From positions 1 through 53,992 of IMG/VR virus record IMGVR_UViG_3300032053_000101: a stretch of 53,992 nt of DNA. The stretch is one strand, 5' to 3'. The DNA is from a virus (Duplodnaviria; Caudoviricetes). Shown piece after piece: positions 19,457 through 30,000 of this stretch. Made by a program: the position numbers and the translations under genes. The notes under the pieces were generated by a model. It was not told the origin of the DNA and made no database searches. It worked only from the letters and a program-made list of their open reading frames with translations. Position 1 is the first letter of the stretch. Each line of letters opens with the position of its first letter.

Positions 19457-20746
19457 TTAAGCTTTTTTTACTGCAACAGTTACTTTTGCTCCGGCCCCAG
19501 GGTCCCCAATCCATGTTACCGAAAGAGAATCGGCTCCTAAAACACTCCATGCAATAACAACATCATTTGCTGGAGTTCCACCTGCTACCGAATTTACAAC
19601 AGATAGTACTGTATCAGCTACAGCTAATCCTGTAACTACCAATGTTTCTGTTGCCCCAGTTCCACCAACACTGGCCGCTGATAAATAAGTAATTATTTTT
19701 GTAAGATCAGAATATTGAGCATGTGAAGCTGTAATTGATGCTTGAGCTGTTACTGATAAATTAACATCCACATCGCAAGCTCCAGCAGTTACTACTGCCT
19801 GTGCAGCGACTGATAAATTAGCATCAACCGCTATATCAGAAACTTCGGCTACTGTTCCAACAACTCCATGAACACCTGTAGTTAAACCCGAATGAGTTGA
19901 TATATCAGCTATACTTGCTATTGTTCCTGCAACTCCATGCGTAGCTGTCAAAGCTGCGTGTGTTGCAACTGTTCCTGAAGGTTCTGCTGATGTATTAACA
20001 TCATTTACACCATGCTTTTTTGTTACAGCATCCTTAACATCTGCGGCTGTTGATTGATTCCCACCACCAAAATCTAAATATTGGTCCGTATCTTGAGTGT
20101 GTTTTTTTGTAACTGCATCTTTTGCATCGGCTACTGCAACTTGATTTCCACCACCGAAATCTAGATATTGATCTGTATTCTGTGAATGTCTTTTTGTTAT
20201 AGCATCTTGACCCGCTACAGATAAATTCCCATCAACTGCTATATCAGAAATTTCAGCAACAGTTCCTATAGCCCCGTGAACACCACTACTTAAACCATTA
20301 TGAATATCAACTTTAGATTGAGAACCAGCAACAGTTTCTACTGTGCTTGCGCCTACTCCATGAACACCAGTTGATAAACCATTATGAGTAGAAATTGCTG
20401 AATCTCTATCCGTAACTGAATCAATGGTTGACCCACCAACACCATGAATTCCTGTAGTAGCAATTTCATGAGTTGCTAAATCTCCTGTAACAGATTCAAT
20501 ATCATCTGCTAAACCTTGTACATCTTCAACATCTACTCCATCTAAAAGATAATTTTTTGTTACTCCAACTTCTTCAATATATCCTGCATCTAAAAGATGT
20601 TTTATTGCTCCAACTTCAGCAGATTTTATAACTTCATCAGTTTCATAATATTCTACAGTTTCATTATATTCTATATAACTTTGCTGACTTGTAATATCCG
20701 ATACAGATATAGGCTGTTGATCTGGATGTATATTTTTTACCTTCAT
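19457..20746 (-). CDS. Repeat-containing fibre-like virion protein
   Basis: 429 aa; repeats H..L(S/T)TGVHG and a tandem 29-aa DA(I/V)TK.H.Q.TDQYLDFGGGNQ unit. Confidence 0.6.
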   Translation of the reverse strand: MKVKNIHPDQQPISVSDITSQQSYIEYNETVEYYETDEVIKSAEVGAIKHLLDAGYIEEVGVTKNYLLDGVDVEDVQGLADDIESVTGDLATHEIATTGIHGVGGSTIDSVTDRDSAISTHNGLSTGVHGVGASTVETVAGSQSKVDIHNGLSSGVHGAIGTVAEISDIAVDGNLSVAGQDAITKRHSQNTDQYLDFGGGNQVAVADAKDAVTKKHTQDTDQYLDFGGGNQSTAADVKDAVTKKHGVNDVNTSAEPSGTVATHAALTATHGVAGTIASIADISTHSGLTTGVHGVVGTVAEVSDIAVDANLSVAAQAVVTAGACDVDVNLSVTAQASITASHAQYSDLTKIITYLSAASVGGTGATETLVVTGLAVADTVLSVVNSVAGGTPANDVVIAWSVLGADSLSVTWIGDPGAGAKVTVAVKKA

Positions 20747-20815
20747 TTTATTTTCCCCCTTATTTTAAACCTATGATTTTGAATTTTAAACTTACGATCT
20801 AATTTTAATCTTGTT

Positions 20816-21010
20816 TTATATTATTTCTTTTAAATTAAAATTCTTTACTAACTTATTTTTTTCATATTCATCAGATAATAGAATATCTATCTTATTAATA
20901 TGATTTAGAATATCTTTATATTTCTTATTTTCTGTAACAGATACCATTTCCATTACATAATCTTCAAGACACTTTAAATGAGCAATTATTTCGGTTGATT
21001 TATCCATCAT
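20816..21010 (-). CDS. Hypothetical protein
   Basis: 64-aa ORF overlapping the upstream stop codon. Confidence 0.5.
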   Translation of the reverse strand: MMDKSTEIIAHLKCLEDYVMEMVSVTENKKYKDILNHINKIDILLSDEYEKNKLVKNFNLKEII

Positions 21011-21663
21011 GCTGTTTCCATGTACAATTTATCAAACATCTTATCAATATCACTTATCTTTTTATCTACTTTATCTATAAGCGGTTCAAATACAGAAGAA
21101 ATCCATCCTATAAATCTTTGCCATACTTCTCCGATAGTAGATTCTTTTATAAGTTCATCATAAAAAGTAATATTGCTTTCTTCCCTTTTTACTTTAACTT
21201 CTTCTTTTAATCTTTCCGCAGCCGATTCTTGTGCAAGCGATTCATATTTTGCATTAACTTCTTCTACAATAGCTTTTAAATCAGGAGACAAAAGACTAAC
21301 CCTATCACTCAATTCCACAAACATTTCTTTGTATTTAGGAGTTACTTTACCACCAACATGTTCCAATTTAACAATCCAACCTGCTATCTTATAGGTCCAA
21401 GCTTCTAATGATTGAAGAAGTTTCTTTAATATTGGCTCATCTTCTTTAACCTGCTTTTCTATTTCTGGAATATGTTTCGATTCTATAAGACTTTTCCTGT
21501 ATTTTCCAATTGCATCCTGAACATCTTGATTCATCTGTTCAAGCTTTATTCTTAAAGATGACATTTCTTCAATACCACGCTCTTTTTCAGTTTTAACTTT
21601 TTCAGTTTCAATTTTCGGTTTAACTTCTTCTTCCGATTTAACACTTAACCAATTCATATTCAA
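21007..21663 (-). CDS. Hypothetical helical protein
   Basis: 218 aa; MNWLSVKS start motif; preceded by a conserved upstream element. Confidence 0.6.
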   Translation of the reverse strand: MNMNWLSVKSEEEVKPKIETEKVKTEKERGIEEMSSLRIKLEQMNQDVQDAIGKYRKSLIESKHIPEIEKQVKEDEPILKKLLQSLEAWTYKIAGWIVKLEHVGGKVTPKYKEMFVELSDRVSLLSPDLKAIVEEVNAKYESLAQESAAERLKEEVKVKREESNITFYDELIKESTIGEVWQRFIGWISSVFEPLIDKVDKKISDIDKMFDKLYMETA

Positions 21664-21667
21664 TCCC

Positions 21668-21693
21668 CCTTATTATATAGTTAAAGGTATAAC
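21668..21693 (-). promoter_or_regulatory. Conserved 26-bp upstream motif (candidate phage late promoter), copy 1
   Basis: CCTTATTATATAG(T/C)TAAAGGTATAAC, 25/26 identical to 31365-31390. Confidence 0.55.
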
Positions 21694-22175
21694 TACTTCT
21701 TAATCCAAAATGTTCTATCCTTAGATTTATCATTAGATTTATTGATAAATTCTGGATTATATTTTACAAGCTTTTTTGCAGATACTTCTGTTTCCTCACC
21801 TGAATTATCCCACTTGATTAATAAACTATCAATACTATATCCTTCTCTTACTATAGTTCCAGTTCCACCAGTTGTTTCATCAATTATTTTATCTCCTGAA
21901 AATAGGTTCTCTGCATTAGAATCACTTGCAATTGGAGTGAATTTTGCCATATTCTTTAGTGAGTACATAAAATCATTAACTGTTTCATTTGCTATCTTCT
22001 CCAATACTTCACCTATTAACCTTTCATAATTACTTTCAGAACCAGCATATTTCTTTGATAATTCTAAAGCTTCTTCTTTTGTTAGCTCAGATTCAAATAT
22101 AATATTTTGTATATCATCAAGCATAGCACTAACATTACTAGCTATTAATTCTTTAAATTTAGGTACATTTCCCAT
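21693..22175 (-). CDS. Hypothetical protein
   Basis: 160 aa, AGGAGG RBS; SH3-like C-terminal segment. Confidence 0.6.
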   Translation of the reverse strand: MGNVPKFKELIASNVSAMLDDIQNIIFESELTKEEALELSKKYAGSESNYERLIGEVLEKIANETVNDFMYSLKNMAKFTPIASDSNAENLFSGDKIIDETTGGTGTIVREGYSIDSLLIKWDNSGEETEVSAKKLVKYNPEFINKSNDKSKDRTFWIKK

Positions 22176-22192
22176 TATCTTATCCTCCTTAT

Positions 22193-22393
22193 TTAAACTA
22201 CTACCTTAACATTGGTTGCTTTTAATCCTTTAACTTCTGTAGTAATATCATACTCAACTTCAGCATTTTCCTTTAAAGTCTTAAATCCAGTTCCCTCGAT
22301 TGCAGAATGATGAACAAATACATCCTTTCCATCTTCTCCGGTTATAAACCCATACCCTTTGGTTCCGTTGAACCATTTTACTTTTCCCTTCAT
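22193..22393 (-). CDS. cspA: Cold-shock protein (CSD RNA chaperone)
   Basis: GKVKWFN..KGYGFI (RNP1), DVFVH (RNP2), 66 aa. Confidence 0.95.
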   Translation of the reverse strand: MKGKVKWFNGTKGYGFITGEDGKDVFVHHSAIEGTGFKTLKENAEVEYDITTEVKGLKATNVKVVV

Positions 22394-22607
22394 TTTAATC
22401 TACCTCCATTTCTTTCTTTTTAAATTTAACTACACTTCTCTTCTTTGCAGCTTCTATACAATACTTACACCAAATTACTAATCTTGTATCTTTAATATCT
22501 TCAACAGTTACCTTTTCTGTAAATTCAGGTAAATAACAATCCCCACATTTATCACATTTTACAAAAGATTCCATTCTGTTAATTAAAGTTATATTGGTTA
22601 ACCGGGA

Positions 22608-22934
22608 CTACAGAACTTCTCTTAAAGCTTCTGCGAACTGCTTTATCTGACCATAATTATCTGGTATTATATTATATCTGAATATACATCTATTCAAACT
22701 CTCTAATTCATAAAAATCTCTACATGAATCTAATATCTTTATTATCTTTGTATAATTATCATCTGCCATCACAAGATTAGCTATATGACCTTGCTTCTTC
22801 ATTTCTTGACAGTACTTCTGTTCTTCTTCCCTTGCTTTATCTAAATGAGTTTGGAAATGATCCTTTAATAATAATAATCTACTTCCTTTAGCATATTCAT
22901 CATATAAAAAATTAAAATTAGCTTTATCATTCAT
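22608..22934 (-). CDS. Hypothetical protein
   Basis: 108-aa ORF. Confidence 0.55.
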   Translation of the reverse strand: MNDKANFNFLYDEYAKGSRLLLLKDHFQTHLDKAREEEQKYCQEMKKQGHIANLVMADDNYTKIIKILDSCRDFYELESLNRCIFRYNIIPDNYGQIKQFAEALREVL

Positions 22935-23359
22935 TTTAATCTATTCCCTTTCTTCCTTAAAACTTCTTTAATATTTACCAATTGATTATGACATTCAATC
23001 CATTTATCATGATAAAAATTCATCCATTTTCTTAATCCTTTTTTATCCAATTCTTTTCTTTTCATATCCATTCCTCCTATTAAAAACTGGAGATGTTATT
23101 TCTAACAACTCCGTTACTTTTTCTACACTTGGTAGATAAGCTCTATATGATATTATATACCCTTAAAGGTATAAACATCAAATTCATAAAAATATTTATA
23201 CCCTTTATGCAATCTTTTTTAATTGTTTTGTATTTATTGAACCTTATAGGGTATAACATAAACAATTAATCTTTCACTCTTTATCCTGAAAATCTATTAT
23301 TATTATTTGCCATATAAAGAATAAAAACTGTAAACCATAATAACCAAAATAATGTCATA

Positions 23360-23614
23360 TTAAACTTCAATCTTCTTATCTTTACTATCTACTACTTTTA
23401 TAACAGTATTAAATTTAGCATGATCAGAATAATTAAATCCTAAAGCATTCATAATCTTCCACAACAATTCATACATTGCTATACATTCATCTTTTCTTTC
23501 TTCATCAAACTTACCTTCTTTAATCTCTACAACTTCACTTACCATTATATCCTCATTAGGATAATCTATCTTATATCCATTATCCACTTTTTCTATTTTG
23601 ATAATCCATTTCAT
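23360..23614 (-). CDS. Hypothetical protein
   Basis: 84-aa ORF with GAGGAG RBS. Confidence 0.55.
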   Translation of the reverse strand: MKWIIKIEKVDNGYKIDYPNEDIMVSEVVEIKEGKFDEERKDECIAMYELLWKIMNALGFNYSDHAKFNTVIKVVDSKDKKIEV

Positions 23615-23751
23615 TTCTTATTCTCCTCATATTTTTCAACTATTGCCACCAAATCGCTTGATAGCATTTCCGCATTTGAATACATCTTCTTATGCAGATT
23701 TATTATTCTAATTAAATCTTTCTTCAATTTATCTTTATCTGGTTTTGTCAT
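23611..23751 (-). CDS. Small hypothetical protein (46 aa), paralog of the C-terminus of 34953..35312
   Basis: INLHKKMYSNAEML versus INTHKKMYSNPEML; ATGA overlaps at both ends. Confidence 0.6.
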   Translation of the reverse strand: MTKPDKDKLKKDLIRIINLHKKMYSNAEMLSSDLVAIVEKYEENKK

Positions 23752-24824
23752 ATATTCAAATCTACTTTATATCTCCATGTTATTCCATGATCTTTATGAA
23801 CTCCAAAAAACCATTGTTTCGGAGAACTGGCCATCTTCAGAACTTCTAAAGCATAATCATCATCTGTTACAAAGGTCCCATTTGTAAGTATCTCTTTATT
23901 GTTCCAATCCTGCGATGCTATCACATGGAAGTGCCCGCATAGCATATATTCAAATTTTTCTTTCAAAGAGCCGGTCCATCGCATGAGGCTTTGTATAAGA
24001 CCATAAAAAGGAATTCCAAGCCATCCTCTTATCTGACCTCCATGAACCAATAAAAATCCATGATTTTTTATTTTAATAACATCCCACCAGTTTTCACTAA
24101 CATCAAACTTAATCTCTTTATAATTCTTCAGATATGATTCCAATGTATGATATAGAATTGTATCAAAGTTATTCTTTTTATGAGTATATTTTGAAATCCT
24201 TCCATGATTACCCGGTATACACTTAACCTCAACTTCAGGAAAGATATTAAGCATATCCAGAATAAATTCAGATAGATAAGGAGTTCCTTCAAATATTTGT
24301 TCTATAATCTCTTTATCTATATAATGAGATTGAGCAGGATAAATACTTTCTCCTTCAACAATATCCCCAACCATAAGAATATAAAGTTTATCAATCTTAT
24401 ATGTTTTTGTCAAAATAGATATTATCTGGTGAATTGAATATCTTAATACTTTCAATCTTATTTTAAACACATCAAAATTATATGATTCCGTTTTCTTACC
24501 TATATGCAAATCAGATAATAAAAGAACAGCAGATTCTGGAGTGGTTCTAATATTCTTATACTTCCTTGAGAATATTTCTCTGGGTTTTATATACTGTAAT
24601 GGTTTTACATGTTGTTTTACTATATCAATAATATATCCTATATTTCCAGTTCTAGAAGATTCTTCTAATAGTTTCTGTTGTCGTAACTTCTCAATCCTAT
24701 TCAATGTCTGTCTGACATCTTTAGGATTCCTATTTAATATCTTAGCAAGATTAACAACATCGGATTTCTTTGTTACCTTTGCTCTTAACAAAAAATCTAA
24801 ATCATCATCTGTCATTTTAACCAT
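23748..24824 (-). CDS. Calcineurin-like metallophosphoesterase with N-terminal HTH
   Basis: SDLH, GDIVEG, PGNHG, VHG, GHFH motifs. Confidence 0.85.
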   Translation of the reverse strand: MVKMTDDDLDFLLRAKVTKKSDVVNLAKILNRNPKDVRQTLNRIEKLRQQKLLEESSRTGNIGYIIDIVKQHVKPLQYIKPREIFSRKYKNIRTTPESAVLLLSDLHIGKKTESYNFDVFKIRLKVLRYSIHQIISILTKTYKIDKLYILMVGDIVEGESIYPAQSHYIDKEIIEQIFEGTPYLSEFILDMLNIFPEVEVKCIPGNHGRISKYTHKKNNFDTILYHTLESYLKNYKEIKFDVSENWWDVIKIKNHGFLLVHGGQIRGWLGIPFYGLIQSLMRWTGSLKEKFEYMLCGHFHVIASQDWNNKEILTNGTFVTDDDYALEVLKMASSPKQWFFGVHKDHGITWRYKVDLNI

Positions 24825-24835
24825 TTTTTCCTCCT

Positions 24836-25558
24836 TTATTCATTTCTTTTCAATTCTTCTTTTATAAGATAATTCCGAACAGGTTTCTTAATTAATCTTT
24901 TATTTAATTCTCCATTAGAAATCAAATCATATATTTTGCTAATAACACTATTTCTAGATCTTTTCACAAATCCACCAATACGAACCGCAGTTACTCCTAA
25001 ATTATATAATTCTTTTAATTTTTCTACTTCATCAATAGTCCAATAAGTCCTATTATCATCTATTCGCTTCGTATTTATGGGTATATTATAAGATCTTGCT
25101 CGATGCCTAATCATATCATATGTAAAATGTTTACCTAATATTTCACTCATCTTTCTTGCTATCATTCTCAAACTTAATCCTTCTCTTATTAATTTCCTTT
25201 CTAATTGTAATTCATTATCAGGAATTTTCTTAGGAGTCCCAACTTTACTATGTATACAAAAACGCTTACATACATCTCTAACTCTATCAGGAACACATTT
25301 TAAAATTTGTGATATTTCAGAATGTGTATACTTCTTTTTCACTAATTCTCTCACTCTTTTCGCTTCTTGTTTTGTATAAGGTTTTGGCGATCTAAAAGAA
25401 AAAATACTTCTTCTATTTAATATAGCTTCTAATCTACCTCTCTTTAACTTTGAATATCCAGCAATTTTAGACCAAGTAAATCTTTCTTTCTTATTCAGAT
25501 TCTTAGCTAATCTTATAAATGCTTTAAAATAAGTTTGCAAATCAGCTTTTATTATCAT
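24836..25558 (-). CDS. Multi-HTH DNA-binding protein
   Basis: Basic; several HTH/Myb-like segments (WTIDEVEKLKELY..RSRNSV). Confidence 0.65.
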   Translation of the reverse strand: MIIKADLQTYFKAFIRLAKNLNKKERFTWSKIAGYSKLKRGRLEAILNRRSIFSFRSPKPYTKQEAKRVRELVKKKYTHSEISQILKCVPDRVRDVCKRFCIHSKVGTPKKIPDNELQLERKLIREGLSLRMIARKMSEILGKHFTYDMIRHRARSYNIPINTKRIDDNRTYWTIDEVEKLKELYNLGVTAVRIGGFVKRSRNSVISKIYDLISNGELNKRLIKKPVRNYLIKEELKRNE

Positions 25559-25694
25559 AACTAATTATCTATCAACACGCATTGTAATATATGCTATAGC
25601 TAAAGATGTTAAACTACCCTTATAATTCCCAGTAATAAAAAGAACTATAGAAGTAATATAAAATATTAATCCTAATAATCCGTAAATTGTTTCT

Positions 25695-26860
25695 CTATTC
25701 ATTGTCTTCTTTATTATTTCTGATTATTCCATTAGCCAATTTCTTCGATACAAAATTACATTCATCACAAGTTTCATCATGATAAAAATGACCAGTAGAA
25801 TATTTTATGGTTTCTGTTAATCCACCATATTCAGTATGTAATTTAACTTCTGCATCAAATTGATAAAAGCAATCTCCATCTTTACATGCTTCATCAAATA
25901 TCTTCTTAAAACAATCTTCTAAATATTTGCTTATCTTGTTCTTATTCATTTGTTCTTAATTATATCTCCAAGTCTTACAACAGGATTAAATATCCAATCA
26001 TTACCAAATAGATATAATAACAATATTAAAACTAAAATTGAAACTATCATAGTTATTGTATCTTCTCTTAATTTCATCTTCCTTTTCCTGTCATACATTT
26101 ATAATGTTTATAATAACTCTTTAATCTATTAATCAATTGATTATCTGTTATATAATAATGATCATCTTTAGGATCCATAGAATTTAATAATAATTGCATT
26201 AATCTAAGTTCAGGTAATTCATTCCATATCTTCTTTATCTGTTTCAATACTTCTTCATTATTGTTTTTCATTTTCTGCTCCTTTCATTTCCTCATCGTAT
26301 TCCTTCTCCGTAACAATAGGAACATTATCTATATTCTCCCATGATTCAAAATTACATTTACATATTTTGATTATTCTATTAACCTTATTAGGTTTTCCTC
26401 TAACAACAAGAGTAGGTTTTCTTTCTGTTCCGCATTCAGAACATACATACTTTACTGTGTATCCTTCTCCAGTTTTAGCCATTTTTTATTTTATCTAATC
26501 TATCTATTATTAATAATGCATAAGCCAAATTAAGAATAGAATCACAACTTCCATTCCATGCAATATAATGATTTTCATATAGAAGAACCCCATCTGGATA
26601 AACCGAATTTAACATCTTACTAGCTTTAATAATATTATCCTTTAATTCTATCTTTAACTTCTCTTCTCTTTTCATTTTTCTATTTCCTTCCATTTTATAT
26701 CTACCCAATTTGAACCTTCATGAATAGCTTGCATAACTATTGCTCCATTAATCATCTCTAACCACTTATCTAAATCTTCTCCATCTAGATATCTTTTTGA
26801 ACTATCCTGATATTCAAATATTACTTTTGTTACTTTATCTTTATTTTGTTCACCATTCAT
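25695..26860 (-). CDS. Run of five small hypothetical ORFs (25695-25949, 26074-26271, 26258-26482, 26475-26708, 26672-26860)
   Basis: Overlapping co-directional 62-84 aa ORFs with no recognisable family. Confidence 0.5.
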
Positions 26861-27051
26861 ATCTATCCTTTATTAGTTGAGCAATAAACTCCTGGCGGTA
26901 AATTATCCATATTGCTTACCCATCTTTTCCCAGTTCCATTACAAGTCGAACATAGAATTTTTATACCATCCTTATTAACTTGTGTTCCGAAACCACCACA
27001 ACACTTACAACCTTCCTCATGATATTGTTCTAACATACTTCCTCCTTATTA

Positions 27052-30000
27052 TTAAATCCATTCGCCACCCTGTTCATGTAAATTCTCGTAAATAAATTCT
27101 CCTTCTGCCGATAACCTTTCTCCTTCCGAAGTAAATAATACCTTAACTGCTCCAACAATACAATCAATTTTATCTTTTGTTCCACCTTCTGGGTGGTCAA
27201 CCTTTTCTGATTTAATGGATTGTAATTGTTTAATTTCAGAAATTAAAATTCCATCATTAAGAAGTGATATTCTATCAGAATACAAAAGATCGATAAAGGT
27301 TTTATAATCAGAATATTTTAGATTATAAACATCGGAATGAATTCCCATTATCGAAAGGCGCTGCACAAGTAAAGCAGAATTCCACCTATCAAAATAAACC
27401 CCACCAATTCTTATTCTGGTTTTCAGTTCTTTAATAAATTCTTCAATATTATTTAAATCAACAATCGCTTCTTTGATTACCTGACCCTTTGAATCCTTAA
27501 TCTGAGGATCCCATGAAACAATAAGATCTACAATCAATTTATCATCTTCCTTATGCGTTACAGATAGTCCCGCAGCATCATTTTTTAGACCAAGATCAAT
27601 ATTAATTAAAAATTCTTCAGTAGAAACTGCTATATTCCACTTTGTTATTCTTTTCCTTATCTTCCCTTCCGAATAATAATCTTCTACTTCTACAATCGGC
27701 AATCTTTCATGATCGATTGCTTCATCTACTTTCTCTGGAAATTGTATAAAAGGAGACTCTACCGAAGGAGGCTCACAACAATACTTTGCTTTTGCATCTT
27801 TTGGATTATGATCAAAAGAATACTTTAAAGAAATCGGTACATTCCATTTTTCAAATTTAAATGTTGGTCCTGGAAATGGTCTTGCTTCCCATGTGCAAAG
27901 CTTAACCCCATACATTTGTAAACTGGATAAACTTTCTTCATACATCTGCATTGTAAAATCACCTTTATATCTCGGATAACTTAATATGAATCCTTTATAT
28001 CTACTTCCGAATCTACTTTCTGCACTTGTATTCAACATATCAAATATCTTATTAGCATTCCTGTTTTTTGATTTATCACGAAACGCAGATGCTTCATCCA
28101 TGATATAGCTAATTAAATTCAATCCTTCAATACTTTCCAATTCAGAATTAGAAGAATATATACCATTAGCATTAAATGAAGATATTGTATCTACTTCTAA
28201 ACAATATAATTGTTTTTTACCTATATATTCTATAGATTTAATTGCAGAAGCAAATAAATTATTATCCATAAGAAATTTTATTATTGGGTTATCATGTAAC
28301 CATATCTTTTTTTTAATGAAATTGGAACTAAAAGTTTCATATTGACAATCCCTTGGAGTGTTATCATCATATACATTTATTCCTTTTTTAATCTTCATTT
28401 TATACCAATCTAATATTAAACTCCCAATATCTGCATATTTTAATAAATGCTGTTCTTCAGCTAATGGCCAATTTTTCTTATGTTTATAAATTTTAACCAT
28501 AGGAAATAATTCTATAAATTTATTTTTAAAAGAACTAGGGATAAATATTTCATACAAATCTTTATGTAATATGTTTTTTTGTTTTACAATACATATATTC
28601 ACAGGAATACCAAAATTATTAAGTATTAATGATATTTTATTTATTAATTTTAAAGATACTGAAGCATATCTAAACATAGTACCCAAACAACCATCTCCAT
28701 CCCATAATCCTGCTATAAAATATTTCATTTGTTCTTCTGGTAAATTCATTAATAAATCAGGTATATATTTATCTCCCATAAATTGTTGTTCTGAAGAAGA
28801 TCTAAACCCTAATTGTTCAAAAATTTTAGCTATTCTATAGTTATAAATCATATATTTACAACCTCGATCTTTTTTGTTCTTATAACATTTAAAATCATCA
28901 CCAAATATTAATCTTCCATATTCTTGTATTCTTTTACCTACTAATTCATCATATTGAGATATTTGTATTGAATACGATGGTTGATTCCTTCCTTTTCTTA
29001 TGAATTTTTTATATGTACCTTCAGCAATAAATATCCCTAATAACCATGCTAATTCATTATTAATATATAAATTATTATTATCAGGAAAAAATTTATAATC
29101 TTTATTTAAACCTAATTTTATTTCTTTTCTTGTACTGGCAATTGTAGTACTAGAAATGGGCATTCCTTCAATTTTTAATGTATTTTTGATTTCAAATATT
29201 GATTTTTTATTTAAAATTAATTCTATTAGCCTTTGTTTTTTATATTGTCTAAAATCACCTATTAAATATGGCTGCTTTATTTCAATTTTATCAAAATTAC
29301 CAAATTTATTTAATGAATTAAAATACCATAAATAATCTCCAACTTTCAGTTCAGATAATGATATTTTTACGAATTGTTTATTTCTAATTACATTAAATTT
29401 ATGGTTTAAATTACATTCTATAGATAATCCATTTTTAAGTGTTACTTTATAAACATCATCTATACAACTAGATGTCGATTTTACTTTATATTGATTATTT
29501 CCAACCGTTACATATTCTCCTATATTTATATCTATAATTTTTTTCCATCCAAATGGAGTTAAAATTAAAGTATCTCCAGATACACAATGTTTTGAAAACA
29601 TTCTTATTCCTTTTGGAAATAATATAGCATTCCTTGTTATTTTTACCTGATTCAATACTTCCTTTTCCTTTTCTGATACAAGTTGGTTTGATAATACAAT
29701 AGGATATTTTGTCTTTAACCATATATTATGTATTATTCTCTGTTTTAATTTCTCAAAGAATACATTCATTGCTTGATCAGCGGAATATGCAACATTAACA
29801 ATATCAATACTTTCATCTGGTGGAAGATTTAATATTTGTTGCGGATTCTTACAACATAAAAGAAAGTATGTAATATAACAAATAACTAAAGCGGATAAAG
29901 TATCTTTCCCTGAATTATGATTATACAATCCATTAGCCAAATAGTTATGATAAACAGGGACTTCTAAATCATAATATATGTCCTTTTTGTAAAATTCTAT

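Noticed and set aside
29495-29722. 75-aa minus-strand ORF
   Set aside because: Out-of-frame ORF nested inside terL
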